This document shows, one piece after another, positions 49,311 to 64,000 of a DNA stretch of 64,000 bases. Source of the DNA: Gnetum montanum (taxonomy: Eukaryota > Plantae > Gnetophyta). The DNA is taken from positions 117,549 through 181,548 of the forward strand of contig MNCI01000307.1 in NCBI GenBank assembly GCA_015680685.1, in the 5' to 3' direction. The notes beneath the pieces were generated by a model. That model was not told where the DNA came from, did no database searches, and saw only the letters and a list, made by a program, of their open reading frames with translations. Numbering within the stretch: position 1 is the stretch's first letter; each line of letters opens with the position of its first letter. The position numbers were made by a program, and so were the translations under genes.

Positions 49311-51089
49311 AAAGGTTTTGATGCATAAATTTTGGACACATCAATGACTAAAAAACTCATTTACAGAAACTATTGCCTAGGACACCTCTCGTATGGGTAT
49401 GAAAACTCAAGAATAGTCTTACTTGGAAAGGGCTATGTGACATTAAATAGTTAAATGACCTTAGATTAGGGCACTTCAAAGAAATAGAAATTATTTAAGA
49501 AAAGAAACCTTTCAAGATAATATAATTAAAAGACTACAATGGACCTTAGCTCAAATGAGCACAACATCTAGTTTCTCTTGTTCAGCTAAGGTTGCCTCTA
49601 CGTTGATGTACTTAATAAAGTTTGGTAGAGAAATGCCATTAGGAACTTGAGTTGGTAGGATATATGGACTAATATAATTTACCAAAAGATGGAAGATGGA
49701 AATAATTGGGCTTCCTACATGCAAGGTTATAGCCTTTTGAGTTTGATCTTTGTTCACTTGAAGCCTCACAGATAAATCCTACATTAATAAAATGAGCTTA
49801 GGATGCATGCTTGAATGTTAGGGACTAAATGCATATTTATAATAAAGTAGGGATAGAAGGTATAGATTGAGATGTTATGGTAAAACAAAACAAGATAGTG
49901 ATAAGCATGTTATGCTAAATAATAAGTTGTGAGGGAGGTAGAAATGATAGTGAGACATGAGGTTGGAAGATTTGAAGAACAACTAACAAGGGATTAAATG
50001 GGTTTAGGGAACCAATGAAGCATTAAGTAAGCTAAAGCAAGTTCACATTTGTTGTGTTATGGAAAAGACTATAAGGTCATGGCAAAGTAACTAGAGGGGA
50101 TTTATGTGAATAGAAGATATAATAGATAATGTAGGCTAAGTAAGAAATGCATTGCTATATTGATTGGATTAATGTATTGAGTACAGTAAGCCATTGGAAT
50201 GTGTGGAAGTAGCCCATGTAGGTGGGAATACCTAATATAAGTAGGACATGTTATTGATCTTTCTTCTCATCACTATAGATACTCACATCTTCTTGCCACC
50301 CCTTCATTACACTAATCATTATGTTATATAAAAACCTAATGTTAGAATGGTTTACAAGGAATTCCAAGGTAGTTGTCTCCCTTTGTTACATTTATGATAA
50401 TGTTACTATAATATCCTAACTTAATCTAATTCCAAAATTACCCAAATCATGTCTTTACTAATGTATTTGTTTAAATAAATAAGAAATATGAACATATAGG
50501 AATAGAATTTAAAAATAAAAACTAAAGATAAAAATTAAATACATTAATAAAATATTTTATTATAACATAAAAGAATTATAACTAAGAGCAATGTAATCAT
50601 AGAAGATATAATAAGGTTGCAACTGAGAGAAATGACATTAAGATATTTAAACAATCATCAAGAACATAAGAAGAAATTAATCAATTAGCCTTTCAACTAT
50701 GAATCCTTTAACAAGCAAAAGCAACCAAGATTATATAACACTAATATTTAGTTGCAAAAACTATATTTAATGTTAATCTAAATTTAAAAATAGTATATAA
50801 GAAAAATTTTATATGCACTCATCACACTACATAATTTAAACTTTCGTTAAAGATTCTCATGAAAAGAGAGAAAATCTAATACAAAACCATATATACAAGT
50901 AAATGAGAATCACCAATAGGAATATTAGACAATTAAATTACAATATGAAATCCATCTAAACAATCCACACCAATAACCTAAAACATATACAATAATTATT
51001 AGTAAAATTACTGAGTATAAGGAGTTTTTTTAGTAGTAGAAATTTCATATATATGATCAATTTCATTGGCATATGCTTAATGTGTCTTC

Positions 51090-51410
51090 TTGGAAGCCCA
51101 CCCCATCAATGCAATAATAGAATCCAATAATGAGAATGTAATCAACAACCCATTGGTCGAAACTCTATGTGCCATGTGAAAGCCCATCTTTATTGATTCA
51201 AACACAAAGGTTAATGGTAGGGATCATCTAAATCATGCAAAGTCTAGCAGTCATAACTTTATGTATCATTTGAGAGCCTATTCCCATTGACACAACCAAA
51301 TAGGCTAATGGTAGGCAACATTTAAATCACCATCTTCTTTGGACATAACTTTGTGTGTCTTTTTGGAGACCATTTCCATGAACGTAATCACAAGGGCCAA
51401 TGGAAGAAAA
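51090..51410. repeat. Degenerate ~90-bp tandem repeat, 4 copies
   Basis: gccca/gccta..cattga..aa..aatgg(t)ag..cat.taaatca..cataactt at ~51097, 51182, 51276 and 51368. Confidence 0.6.
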
Positions 51411-52194
51411 ATCATGTAATGAGATTTCCATTGCTAGAAGGAATACTTAAAATACCAAGATACTTATAATTTAAGCTTCAAAATCACATTTATAAGGTTT
51501 GAAATAGACATCTAGTCAATACTTACTTTTATGCTAAATCAAGAAATCTTTATTAACAACTAAATATAATTGCTCATCTATAAAGTATTCCTAAAGAAGT
51601 AATATATTGATTAATTTAATTAAACTATTTCTAAAATCCTCTTTCACAAAAGATGAAGGATGCTTGCACCAAAGGTCCTGGCCCTAGCTACCTCCATATC
51701 CTTGTAAAGCTTAAAAGGAATCAGGGCCTTATAAATTGTAAATATTAATACCATAATATTAAATAATACTAAGAATAAAATACATACATATAAGAAATGA
51801 TCTATACTATTTGTGTCTAATTAATTGTTATTAACATTCTTTCTTATACTTGAGGAAGGAACTTAAGAGAGAGAATGATGGTTATATTACTTTATAATCA
51901 ACAAAAATTATTATGCAAAGCTTTTATGTTTTTCAAGTAAAAAAACTAATAGACTAGTATACTATTCTTATAATAGATAAGTAACAACATTATATAAGTT
52001 AAACACTTCTATGTTATGCACAAACATGTATACATGCGCATGCATATGCACATGTCTGTGCGTACACACACATAAGCTAATAGAAAATTATAGAGCAAAA
52101 AATAGAATTTAAACTTACCTAAACCTTAAGGACCTTCTTGTAGAACTTATTCACTTCTCTTACACACCTATTTCTTATGCTTCATTCCCTTTTT

Positions 52195-53073
52195 TAATGA
52201 GTACTGAGTATACCCTATGTCTAATCATGCGAATCACTAGCATTCACTCAGCAATCTGGTCAAATTCCAAAGACTTTAGTTTTCTAAGTACATTGGTTCT
52301 AAGAAGTGAATCTAATCATTGTAATCGTTGTCTTCCTAGTTCCACTTGTGAAGTGCAAGTGTATGGTTAAGTTTAACTGAGGCATATGATTTTTATCATT
52401 TTTATCTTTTATGAACTAAATTTCCTAATGAACAAGAATAAAGAATAAAGTAATTTAATGTTTAACTAATCTAATAACTAGGTATCACTTAACTAATCTT
52501 AACATAAGAATCTTTTCCCACTTTTCGTACACATCTGGAACTCAAATAGCACTAATAGGTTACCAAATGTTAATTGTTACTGGGATTACCAAGTGTTAAA
52601 CGTATGCTTGAAGTGGTCATACTTATGTTTACTATTTAATATATATTAATTAATTAATTAAAAACATTAAAGTAAATTACTTGAATATTAAATGCTTAAG
52701 AAAATAATTAATCTAATCCAAGTGTTGCAAGGCTTGATCAAGAAAGCTCATCTTTATTACCATCCACATTAAGGTGCTTAGGTACATCATTGCTCAAATA
52801 AAGATCTATACATTCTTTTGACTCCTATTGCAAGCACTCAAAAAATATACTAACTTTCAAACGGAAAAATTACAAATGCTTTGTTAAAACTATGAAATGA
52901 TTTTGAAAAGTGCATGGGTAGGCACACATTTATAGGCAGAAATAGGATAGCCCATTGACAAGTATACATCAACAAGTCAAACCCTATGTCGATAAGATCA
53001 CATTGATGAGATCTTGTTGACAGGGTCATGTCAACGTCATCTCATCGATGCAACCCAACAATGTGACTTATCA
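52195..53073 (-). repeat. 3' LTR of element B
   Basis: Minus strand starts tgataagtcaca after PPT atgggagta and ends gggtatactcagtactcatta (element A: gggtacctagccgctcatca). TATA cctataaat at ~52935. Confidence 0.85.
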
Positions 53074-53303
53074 TACTCCCATAATTGAATGAAATCTCAT
53101 CCTTAAGTTCTGTACAAAATTTTGGAATGTATGAAATTATTAATTCACTATAGATACACGAAACAAACACAACAAAAATTGAGTGCCCAAGTATATGGAT
53201 CTACAATATTTACAAAATTTTGGTATTTAGGACAACAAAATTGAACATTAGTATAAAACTGAAAAATACAACTTCTCGAATGACATGAATATAATGAAGA
53301 AGT

Positions 53304-56170
53304 TCAAATAGTCCGAGGCATTAGAGGATCCTGAGACTTTGAAGGACCTTCTCTTGCTTTGGACACATGCGATGGTTGAGGCAATTGTTGTGGTTGTACA
53401 ACAGTAGCTACAACTTTTGGTAGAAGACAGATGGCATCCAACATTGCCTTCATCTTCTCCTCCTTACTTTGAGGATCATTCATTGTCCACGTGGCTTCAC
53501 CAATGTGGGAAAAAATGGAAATATCCCATAAATAGGGCATTATTGGGAATAACTCCTTCACATTCACGAACTAGGCAATGGACTATTTACTTTTGATGTT
53601 GAACACTCTGAGTGTATTCTGTAGCTCCTAGTAGTCATTCATCCTTTTGGCTAGGCTATCAATAATTAATCTTTAATCAGCGAACTTTGCATTGAGAACC
53701 CTGAGTTTCATGTTTACTATCTCAAGCTTTTGCTTGGTCTCTTTATGGTGCTTGAACATTTCCTTGTACAACAAGTATCAGCTAGTCACCTATTTTTCCA
53801 ACTCTAACCATAGCCTTTGAGCAATTAGCATTGCCAGGTTTGCATAGCGAAGATTGATAAGCTCCATGTATTTAATCATCTTTTTAATTTGTAGCTCTTT
53901 TAGATAGATTTCAACCTTGTTGTATGCGTTTAGCCCATCAAAGATAGGTTGCTAGACATTGCCTCCTTCCTTAAGTTGCTAAAGGGCCTCATTGACTTTT
54001 GCCTTTGCAAATTCGATGTGGTTTTTGTTGATTTATTTTTGCAATCCCACTTACTTCCTATAGTGATTCTTTAGTCTTTTGAACTTCAAGGCCTCATTCG
54101 TATAAGTAGAAATCTCAATTGTAGATTTTTAATGTAAGGCATAGACTTACTCCATGGGGAAGTTTCGATTTTCTACTACTAATCTCCTTAATTCTACGCT
54201 GACCCTATCTAGCTACTCCTACTATTAATAGATAAATGTTGTCATCTACTACTTCTATGCATCAACATTTTGCATCAATGGTTTTCTGTGGTCAGGATCT
54301 CATTCTCCTAGCAAGTCTAAACCAAGTCCTTCTAAATGTTATGAATGATGGCATTGGCCAATGACTAGTCAAAGATGATCATCTCCTTAGTGTTCTCAAC
54401 CTATTTTTGATGCTTTTGAAGCTATTAGAAAGCTTCATCTCTTGTGATCGCTTGGTTGAGAAATGAGTAATTAGCAATGCGGGCTCTCATATTAGCAACT
54501 TTTACAACCAAGCATTGGTTTTTAGCCATGGCTATTTCAAGTTACCTCTACATTATGATGCACTTGCCCCTTGCTTCTAGCATCTTTGACTAGGTTACCA
54601 TGATGGTATTTAGAAGATCAAATACATTTAGAGTTGGTTGCTCGATTTCCACCAGTCAATCCAATAATTCCTCATGCTAGGTTGCACTCAATTTGCCACT
54701 AATAGTTTCTATAGACATTTGCACATCTCTGAGTGCAGAAACATCTAGTACAAATGTAGTAGGTGCATTAAGTACTTCATAAACCTTATTAGCAACCACT
54801 TTGACTACCATATCCTATTCATGGTGCTACATCAACAAGATAGTTGCCCCCTCACCCTTTTCCAAATGCATTGAAAAGGTAGTGGCATTTCCAGAGATGT
54901 CTAGAAATTTCTACTATTACAAGAGGAACACCATTACCTCTTAGGTGCTTAGATTTGACCTTGTGGGAACCTACATTCATTAAGTTAAGAAAATTGATGC
55001 CCCATCTTCCATCTAACTAGTGGCTCAAGCCACTTCGTTGAGGTGGCTCATTGTTGATATATACACAAATGGATCACCACCACTCATTGTTGTTTGTTGC
55101 TGCTACTATTGCAAGGGCTACTCTTAGATTTCATGCATGTGTTTAATCTTAGTGTAGGTCCTCAATATTGTTTCATGAATAAGTGGTGAAGGTGGTGGTT
55201 GCTACTCTTCTTCTTGGACCATTTTTGTAGGCACTTTGTCCTTTGTCATTTTTTCCTAAGAGGCAATTCATGCATGTTAGATGGGGTTATTTGTGTAGTG
55301 TGCTATGTCTCCCCTCTTACATAATTTTTTGATGAGGCATAGAAAGTGGAGTGCCTTCCTTCCACATTCATTCTCCTTCAATGGCTTCTCTATCTCAAGA
55401 TACATTAGCTGTGGAAGGTTGACCAAGAATCTTTCACTTAAAGTAGCATATGCATAAGTAGAGAAGGCTCTGACGTTGCATGGCATCATCATTGGATTTT
55501 GGTAAAAGGGTTTAATCTTGAATTATGCATGTTCTACCATGGTGAGTGCACCAAAATCCTTGTAGTCAACTCCATAACACTGCTCGATTCATTATTTCTT
55601 AACGTCATGATGTATTTGTGTTGTAATTTTAGTAAGAGTGGCCCTAATCTCAAGCAACCCAAGGGCCTCTAAAATTACTTTCATCAAGTAGGACACAAAA
55701 ATATCATTGATCTAAAATATTGAACCAACCTTCCTGTTATTCCAAAAGAGGTAGGTCTCTCCTATGTACCACTCCCCACTGGAAGTGATAATGGACCACA
55801 TGGGAGAGTTTCGCAATTACATCTTGACTTCTAAAGGAGTGAACTTCAAGAAAGATCTAAAGTTTAACTCTGAGAGAACAGATTTCTGGACCTTCTTAGA
55901 TTTAATTTGTTTAAGGAAAGCATCCATTTGGGTGACCTCAAGGCTTGTTCTTGTCCTTAGTGCCTCATCTTAATGTGACTATTCAATTGTGATCATTTCT
56001 TCAAGAATTTTCCTAACAGATTCCACTTCAGGCTCTTCTAGAAAAGGTCCCATTACATGGGTTTTTGTTGCCTACTCCTAGGCCTGTTTTTGGCCCTTTC
56101 TTATTCTTGATAATTTGGTCCTTGGTTGGGATAGTCCTCCTTCTTGCACATGCTTTTCTTTGGGTGTCAT
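53304..56170 (-). pseudogene. Extra ORF (ORF3) of element B
   Basis: MTPKEKHVQEGGLSQPR..SPMWSIITSSGEWYIGETYLFWNN..CYGVDYKDFG..LIKKLCKRGDI..KELFPIMPYLW..NDPQSKEEKMKA, homologous to element A ORF3. Confidence 0.8.
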
Positions 56171-58199
56171 CTATGGTCACAACATAACCAAGGACTAGTA
56201 TATAATATGTAACTTATAACTTTTAGATACCTTATCTTGTTGGGTAGTTACACTTTGACTAAGTTATGACCATGGTAGATTGATTATTTTAATATTATTT
56301 TAATGTAATTTGATTTAAAATTTCATTAAAGTTTTTTGGAAGGATTTAACTTTTATAAATTGATGTTTTCATGTTAGTTTCTTAGTTAAACCTTTGTGGG
56401 AGTTAGAAAAATTTCAAAAAAAAATATCTCAAAAACCTAAGGTTTGTGGTCCCCATGACAAAGAGCTAACCTCCAGTACCTGTAAGACTAAAGAATGGGA
56501 TGAATCGAAAAAATTATTTGGAAGTTATGGTTCTTGGAAGGTTTTGGGCTTTGAAAAGTTCAAAAACTTTCCCTGCATTTGAGCCCAAATGTGAAAAACT
56601 CTTAAGTGTCACTACATATATATAGAATTTTTACCTTGCATCAATAGGGTCTCATCTAAGTGGGTGCTCCCTATATGGGATCCCATCAATGGAGCTATTG
56701 GATAAAACTTTTTAGTTTAAAAATTCAAAAAAATACGTGTTTAACCTTGAATTTGGGATTCTTGGAGAGCCAGAAAAGCTGTGAACATGGTGAAATACTT
56801 GAAGAGGGCTTAGATGGTTCACATAATTGGAGAATGATATTTTTTTTGGAAAAATGATATTAAAGAGCTCATAGTTAGATGCAATCAATGGGAAATGTAG
56901 AAGATTTGATTGCACAAATTCCTAAGGATAAGCAACTTAACTAGACCAACTAAGAGAACTGCAAGTGGATCCTCCCCATAGCAGGCTCATTTCCTTTTTT
57001 CCCTTGCATATCCTCAAACCAAGGAGTTCATGGGCTCCATGGTTGATTAATTGTTATGAAAAGTTAAGGACCTAATCTTGGAAGAATCTACCTAAGAATT
57101 TCAATATGTCAAACTAACACATTAAATAAGACATGAAAAACTAGCAATGAGGTGAATTACAAAAAGCATTGATGGAAGAGAGAGAAGGTGGAATGAAGTT
57201 CTATATTATAGCCACATGAAGTCCCTTATGGACTTTGTGGTTAAATGACCCAATAAAGTCCATCCTTAGTCTAGATAAAAAAAAACTTTCAATGACTCTG
57301 CATTAACACTCTAAGATAAGTCGACTCCCTCAAGACATAAGAATGCTCCTATAGATTAATCACTATTCCTTATTAAGAAGAAAAAAGAAGGAGGAAGTGA
57401 GAAAAGGCCTTAGTTAGAGAGGATCTTTAGGCATGAGTAACATGTCTTTCTAGTTCCATAACTAATGCTTGTAGCTTGTTAGTTTGTCTAAGGGGTGTGC
57501 TTGAATTCCTATCATTTTTTTTATTTTATGTTTTTATGGATTTTTGGATGGGAACCATACCATGCAAATACTTTAAATTCTTGTAATTGGTTGATAGTGG
57601 AATAGTAAAAAAATCCATGAAAACACTAAGGCACTCAAGAGAATAGGCAAGTACAAAGTGCATCAAATCCCCTTGAAGTCACATCCTTAGCAATCCAATT
57701 GAATCTTTTCCAAGTTTGAAAACTACCAAGGTCATAAGTTCATTAAAGTTCTTATTAAAGAAGGAAACCACACATTTCCAAAATAAGGAAAACCATAGAG
57801 TGTTGTGGATGGGTGGATGACATGGACTCACTACTCATTCCATGAAAAAGAGACTTTGTCTTAGTTATCAATATCAAAATTCAAAGAGAGGAACTAGACA
57901 TTAGCAATCAAAAACATTCATTACAAACCACCATTAGCAAATAGCTACAGCATCACTATGTCATGTCAGCAATAAAGAAAAATAAAGCAATTTTTTAGAA
58001 AACATAAGAAAAATACACACACAAAAATAAAGTAAAATATAGAAGAAATTCTAAAATATCCAAGAAAGTTAAAACGTACTAATGATCTTGTAGAAAAAAA
58101 ATGATGTAAAACAAAAAGTGTAAAAACAAAAATGTGCAAAATAAAAAAGTATAAAAACTAAGAAGCCATTTTAAATGATCGACATGGATGGCTATCTTC

Positions 58200-61100
58200 T
58201 ACACAACTGAGTTGGAAGGAGGAGATCTAAAATATTGAGTGAGGTTGTCCATTTGATAAGGTGTTACTATCACTTGCTCTTTTGGACTCATGAAAAGGTT
58301 TGACTTGTTGTGTGTTGACCAATAACTTCTTATTTGGACTTTCAAGTTTGTAGAACAACATGGCCCTAGAAGAAAAGGTTTCATAAATGATGTAAGGCCC
58401 TTCCCACAATTTTTGTAACTTAGTCTTTTAAGGTACATGTGTCGGGTTCTAATACAGAACCTTGTCTCTTAGTTGAAATTTTACTTTCCTTATTTTGAGG
58501 TTATGCATTTTTTATTGAATGAGTTGTGCACTTCATTCAAGGACAAGGCCACCAATCGATTCTCATCTAGCACATTAACGTTAATCAATCTTTCTTTCTG
58601 TGCTAGGCTCAATTCAAAGACAATGTCTAAGTTGTTGAAAGTGTATAGAGCTTGAATTGAATAGGAAGAGTTGGCAATTTTCCATACACTAGCTCTTAAG
58701 AAGAATAGCCTATAGGGAGTTTCCATGTAGAGCGGTAGGCCTAGAGGGCATCGTTAAGTTTCGTGCTCTTGTCTTTTCTATATTTGCTAATTATTCTCAT
58801 TAAGATTTTAGTAATTTCACTATTGGTAACCTCGGCTTGACCATTGGTTTAAAAGTGGTAGGGTATTATTAATTTATGTTTTAACCCTAAACATTGCATG
58901 AGATTTCAAAAGGTGGTGCCCGTAAAGTGACTACCATTATTAAAAATTAGTGCATGTGGCATCCCAAACCTATTCACAACATTTTGTTATACAAACTGAG
59001 TAGGTGTAGAAGATGAACAATTGGTGATATTTTCTTATTCTATCTATTTCATACAATAGTTAACATCAACTATGATGTATGTCTTTCCATTTGACATGGG
59101 TGTGATGGGACCCACGAAATCAATATTGTAGATGTCAAAGGATTCTAGTGATTAGATCTACTGTTGAGGTTCCTTCATTCAAGCAATCATCCCACCATCA
59201 TGCTAACAATGATTACAAGAGTAGAAAAAGTGGTGAGCATCCCTGAAGAGTGTTGGTCAATAATACCCTACCATCAAGAAGTTAATGGCCATGCATCTCT
59301 CAACATAGTGGTCCACAAGGGCCCTCATCAGCATCCTGAAGGATGTGTAGTTGGGCAACATCAAGAATACACCAATGAACAAGGCCATTGGTGCATACCT
59401 TGTAAATGTATTCATCAATCTCCATGAAGTGTTTGGCCTAATGAAGAAACTGTTATTTCTTCCTATGATCTAACTCTTGCGGCATCTCCTAAGTGAGAAG
59501 AGAAGTGACGATGCCATCATACCATGTAGGATTATTGGACACTTATTCATTTATCACATCAGAAAAAAGAAGTTCATTAGAGAATTGATCAAAAAGCAGG
59601 CTCTCCTCTCTTTATTAACCCATCACAACAAAGACAAGTGGTTAGCAACCACATTCTCAGTCCCCTTTTGATCTACCATTGTAAGATTGAATTTGTGCAA
59701 GAGCACAAGCCACCGTATGACATGGGGGCTCACCATCAGTTTGTTTATTAGAACAAAAATTGCATTATGGCTTGTGTGTACAAATACCTTGTACCCAAGA
59801 ACATAGTACCTGAATTTCTCTAAGGCATACACCACCTCCATTAGTTCTTTCTCTATTGCAGTGTAGTCCAGTTATGCACCCACAATGCTTTGGCTCATGT
59901 AGTGGATGTAGTATGGATGTTTTTGATCATTCAACTGCATGAGAATGGCTCCTAGGGCATAATTGGATGCATCTATCATGATGTGGAATAGTCTAAACTA
60001 GTCAAGTGCTCATAGAATTGGATTTTCTCCAAGCTTTTTCTTGAGTTGCTAAAATTCCTTTTCCCATTTCTTAGTCCATATAAATGGAGCATCTTTCTTT
60101 GTCAACTCCATCAACAATTTAGTAATCTTAGAGAAATTATCTATGAATCACTAGCAGTAGCTAGTGTGGCTAAGGAATGAATAGACATCTTTAACAATTT
60201 TTGGTTGGCAGGTAATTCCTTGGATGATCCTTATTTTTTCAAGGTTCACCTAAATCCCTACTTGAAAGATTATATGCCTCAACATAATGCCCTCTTGGAC
60301 CATCATAGGGCTCTTTTACCAATTGAGCTGAAGTTTAGTCTCCACACACCTTTTAAGCACTTACTCAAGATAGTCCACTGCTTGCTTGAATATAGTCCCA
60401 TAGGTGGAGAAGTCATCAATAAAGATGTTCACCCTGTCACTAATCTGCCATTGAAAAATGCTAAGGACAAGGCATTGGAAGGTTGCAAGGACATTCCACA
60501 AACTAAATGGAATATTTCTACATGCAAAAGTCCCTTATGAACTTGTGAATGTAGTTTTTCCTTGATCATCTAATGCAATCTGGAATTTTTTATACCCATT
60601 ATAACCATCTAGAAAGTTGTAGTAGCAATGCCTAGAGATGGTGCCCAACACCTAGTCCATAAATGGCAATGGAAAATGGTCTTTTAATTTTCCATATTCA
60701 ACAACCTAAAGTCAATACATATCCTCCACTTGCCACTTTTCTTCAGCATGATTACAAGTGGGATAACCCACTTACTATCCACAATGGGATAGATGAACCT
60801 CACCTTGAGGAGTTATTTAATCTCTTTCTTGACAATCTGCTTCAATTTGGGGTTCAACAACCATTGTGGCTACCTCTTTGGCTTTATGGAAGGATCAGTA
60901 TAGATGTGGTTCTGGCAAGCAAAGGCTATTGGCCACTTGTTGACCACCTTCTATACCTTCTCTTTCTATTTAAGAGCAAGATTGGCATTGATTATCACTA
61001 GGTTTCCATTGGTCAGAAAAGCATATCTCATGTTGACAAGTAGAGTTTTCAACTCTCAGGGCTCCTACATGAAAATTTTAAGGATTTCCAACTCTCCCCA

Positions 61101-64000
61101 ATAAGTGTCATCAAGTTCATCATTAGAGAGTTGGCTATGAACTCACTCCAGTTCATCCATGCCTTCAACATAGGCACTTGTTAAGCTCTTAATTGGTTCT
61201 AGGCAAAGTGTTGAGTTTCTTGTAGGATCAACTATCAACCATTGGATATCCTCTTATTTTGTGACTACTACATATAGGAACCTTTGAATTTTTGTCTCAT
61301 CTACATAGTATCTACATGTTATGATTCATGTACTTTTTATGGTTCATAATTTCTTTACACAATTGCACATTGTATCACTATATGTGATGCATGGAACTCT
61401 CTTCTTCTTTATCTTTCCAAATGCACTTTTCTCAAAAATCTCCAAGGAAAGGTCTTTGATGCCCATTTTTGCATCAATGGTACTTAGCCAAGACCTTTCC
61501 ATGATGATTAGGAAGTCCCCCTTACAATTGTCAACCTGGATCATCAAGAAATAAGTAGGATAGGACCACCCACAAATGGTGGTCATAATGTCCTCCACTA
61601 ATCCCAAGGAAATAGTGGTGGACTAATCTACCAACTTAAGATGAATGTTTCTCTTCTTAAGTGGAGGTAAGTTCTAGGCTTTATACATCTCATGAGAAAT
61701 CAGATTAACATCAAAACCTAAATCAAGAAGAGCCTTTCATGGCTCATTCCTAGTGATTTGCAAATAGATTAAGGAACTCCCAGGATTAGATCTTTTCTTA
61801 AGAATGTGACCAACCTTTATCCAATCAATTATCACATGGGTTAACATTACGGTATGCACCTTGGAAGGTGTTTGGTTTGAAGGGGGCTCAAACAAAGTGG
61901 ATGTAGAGGATGAGGGAGAAGTAGGACTATTAATCACGTGAGTGTGTGTGGGCTTTGTAGGATTGTTGATTTGAAAGAATGTTCCTTTTTAAGATTTTAT
62001 TTCTAAACCACTCAACTAAGGAGTCAACTATAAGTTAATAGCCTTAGTAGTGTTACTTTGCTATGACTAGGCTATAATTTCATCCTGCATTGATGGAGTA
62101 GGTGGTAATTGAGTTGAAGGTGAAGGGACATGTGCAGGAGGATGAGGAGGGTATGAGAAAATGAGAATTCCCCTCTTGGATATTAGGCTCTGTAGTATTT
62201 AGGAGAATATTAGTGATGTTGGAATGAAGGGTGACTAAAAGAGTCATGCAAAGCAATGGGCTATTGAACATAGTACCCATATGGATCAGGCTATCAATAA
62301 GGGTACTACTACCTTGGTGGTGACATCCCCCATGACTGTGGGTACTATCACTATTGGTACTACTCATAAGGTTGTGGTGGATCTCCACTTGGATAATAGG
62401 CTTGTTGTTGATAAAAATGCCTTGAATTGCCTTGTGGATAAGGCAACCTCTGGGTGCTTATCTTCTTGTTAATGTAAGATATAGAGTGTGCACCATAAAC
62501 TTCTACAAGTGTTACAAAATGGGAAAACATTCCTTAGAATGTTTGTATTAGCAAATGTCACATCCACCATCATCATCTATTTTAGATTCCATAACCTCCT
62601 CTATGACAACAACCTTGCCCTAACCCCTTTGGTAGGCACATTTAACTTCCTTTCTTCTCTTGCAATCACAACCACTACTATGCTCTTTGGATTCCTCTGC
62701 TATTTCTAGAGTAGTTTGGGACTTTTCATCTAAAGAGGATCACATTTTGTCTAATTGACCAAAATTTTAGAGATAGATTTTTAAATTAGCAAGGTCATTC
62801 ATTACGCCATCACATCAATTGGTACCTCCTCCTCATTGTCATAGAATCAGACTTTCCTTTTTCTAATAGAATAGCCTCAATTATACTCCTTAGCATGTTT
62901 CCTTTTTCCTAAATCTCTTTCTTCCTTGGTAGCCTGCTCTACTAGCCTTTGAATTTAATGGAACCTTAATTCTAAAAGTATCCCTTAGGCATAGACCCCA
63001 AGAGTTCTCCTTGTTTTTGTGCAGAGCCCATCTATGATATGGCGAAGCTACTCTCTTTGAGAATAATCATGGCCAAGACATCGATGCAAAAGGGAATAAT
63101 ACCTACCCATGAATGCATCCAAGGGTTCATGTATTTTTTATTTCCAACCTTGGATCTACTTTCTTAGGATGAACACTCAATATTATTCTTGATACTTATC
63201 ATTGAAGAGCTTAAGCATCATACTCCATCTACAGATTGATTCTAGCTCCAAGGACTGGTACTAACTTTTAGCTTCTTTTATGAGTATCCTTGGCAATAGC
63301 TTTAATTTCTTCCATTTTTTCTTCACATTCTATAGGGCACAAGAATTTTGAAAGGCTTGAAAATGGTTTTGTAGATCTGATTTATATTCCCCTTCAAACT
63401 TGGGGATACTATTCATATCCAATGACTTAATTCTACTATCTTTCACATGCCTTGTCAGAATTCTCACTACCTCTACAATGTTCAACATATTTTGCATTGC
63501 AAGAAAAGGCTTATCATAGTTATAGCCTCTATGATGGCCATGATGTTTATGATTCCCTCTGCTATTTCTTCTTTCATGGTGATAGGCCTCCCTTGATTGT
63601 CCATGCCCCTAATCTTGACTAGTCCAGTGGGCCCTACACTCATCTCTATCTTGTTGATCACCTCCATCACGGTTATGTCCTCTGCACCTTCAATCAGAGC
63701 TAAAGGAGGAAGAAAAGAGTGACAAAGGTAGAGAGCAAGGAGGACTAGCATCACCATGATTCCTACCACCTCCTCTTCGATGGTCACAACCACAATCATC
63801 ATCATGATGCCTATCCTCATCCCTACCATGACTCCCACCTTTGGATTCCACATAATCATGGAATCCATTCTTGCTTGAACCAAGATTATTTACAATGAAC
63901 TGTAAGATTTGGTTCAAGCCCCCTTCATCAAAACTAAGAGTAGGAGAGTTAGTGAAATAAGAACTACTAAAGAGGCGATCTTCACCATCTTTTTGGCCCC
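58200..64000 (-). pseudogene. gag-pol of element B, decayed
   Basis: Protease KALLDLGFDVNLIS (~61737-61696). RT IFIDDFS (~60420). RNase H DASNYALG..LEKFRYYVLG..KGTENVVANHLS. Integrase HFTGTTF, WEGPYII. Confidence 0.92.

Larger units (their letters stand above)
52195..64000 (-). mobile_element. Second Athila-like Ty3/gypsy element (element B), diverged relative of element A; 5' end outside window
   Basis: 3' LTR 52195-53073, PPT, ORF3, INT, RH, RT, PR and gag are all colinear with element A on the opposite strand. Confidence 0.92.

Noticed and set aside
48784-49344. Several F/L/I- or K/N-rich short ORFs
   Set aside because: Low-complexity A/T-rich retroelement leader.
52020-52073. Alternating purine-pyrimidine tract (Z-DNA-like)
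   Set aside because: An ordinary degenerate CA/TG microsatellite with no supporting context.

Overview
This is AT-rich plant nuclear DNA made almost entirely of decayed transposons, with heavy C>T/G>A erosion; no intact long ORF survives. From left to right: (1) A Helitron-like region (1 to about 24 kb) with a Rep/PIF1-helicase pseudogene and an intron-containing RPA70-like pseudogene. Once a nested retroelement is removed, these are contiguous with a compact cluster of AT-rich cargo-like pseudogenes: an unknown tandem-domain gene, two further unknown genes, and a LONELY GUY (LOG, cytokinin-activating enzyme) gene with six clear spliced exons and an apparent N-terminal extension. (2) A full-length Athila-like Ty3/gypsy element (4188-17449, TSD CTTAG) with a large extra ORF after pol. 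(3) A LINE RT fragment. (4) A roughly 1.8 kb CpG-retaining island with exon-like segments. (5) A SIRE-like Ty1/copia element on the minus strand. (6) A TRIM-like non-coding LTR element with a triplicated LTR-end/PBS unit. (7) An internally deleted L1. (8) A roughly 360-bp higher-order tandem array. (9) A Tat-like gag remnant. (10) A second, diverged Athila-like element on the minus strand that runs off the right end. The most notable candidate is a putative giant Helitron carrying its own LOG gene plus unknown genes. All translations and alignments were done by eye. Boundaries not marked by TSDs or splice sites are approximate.
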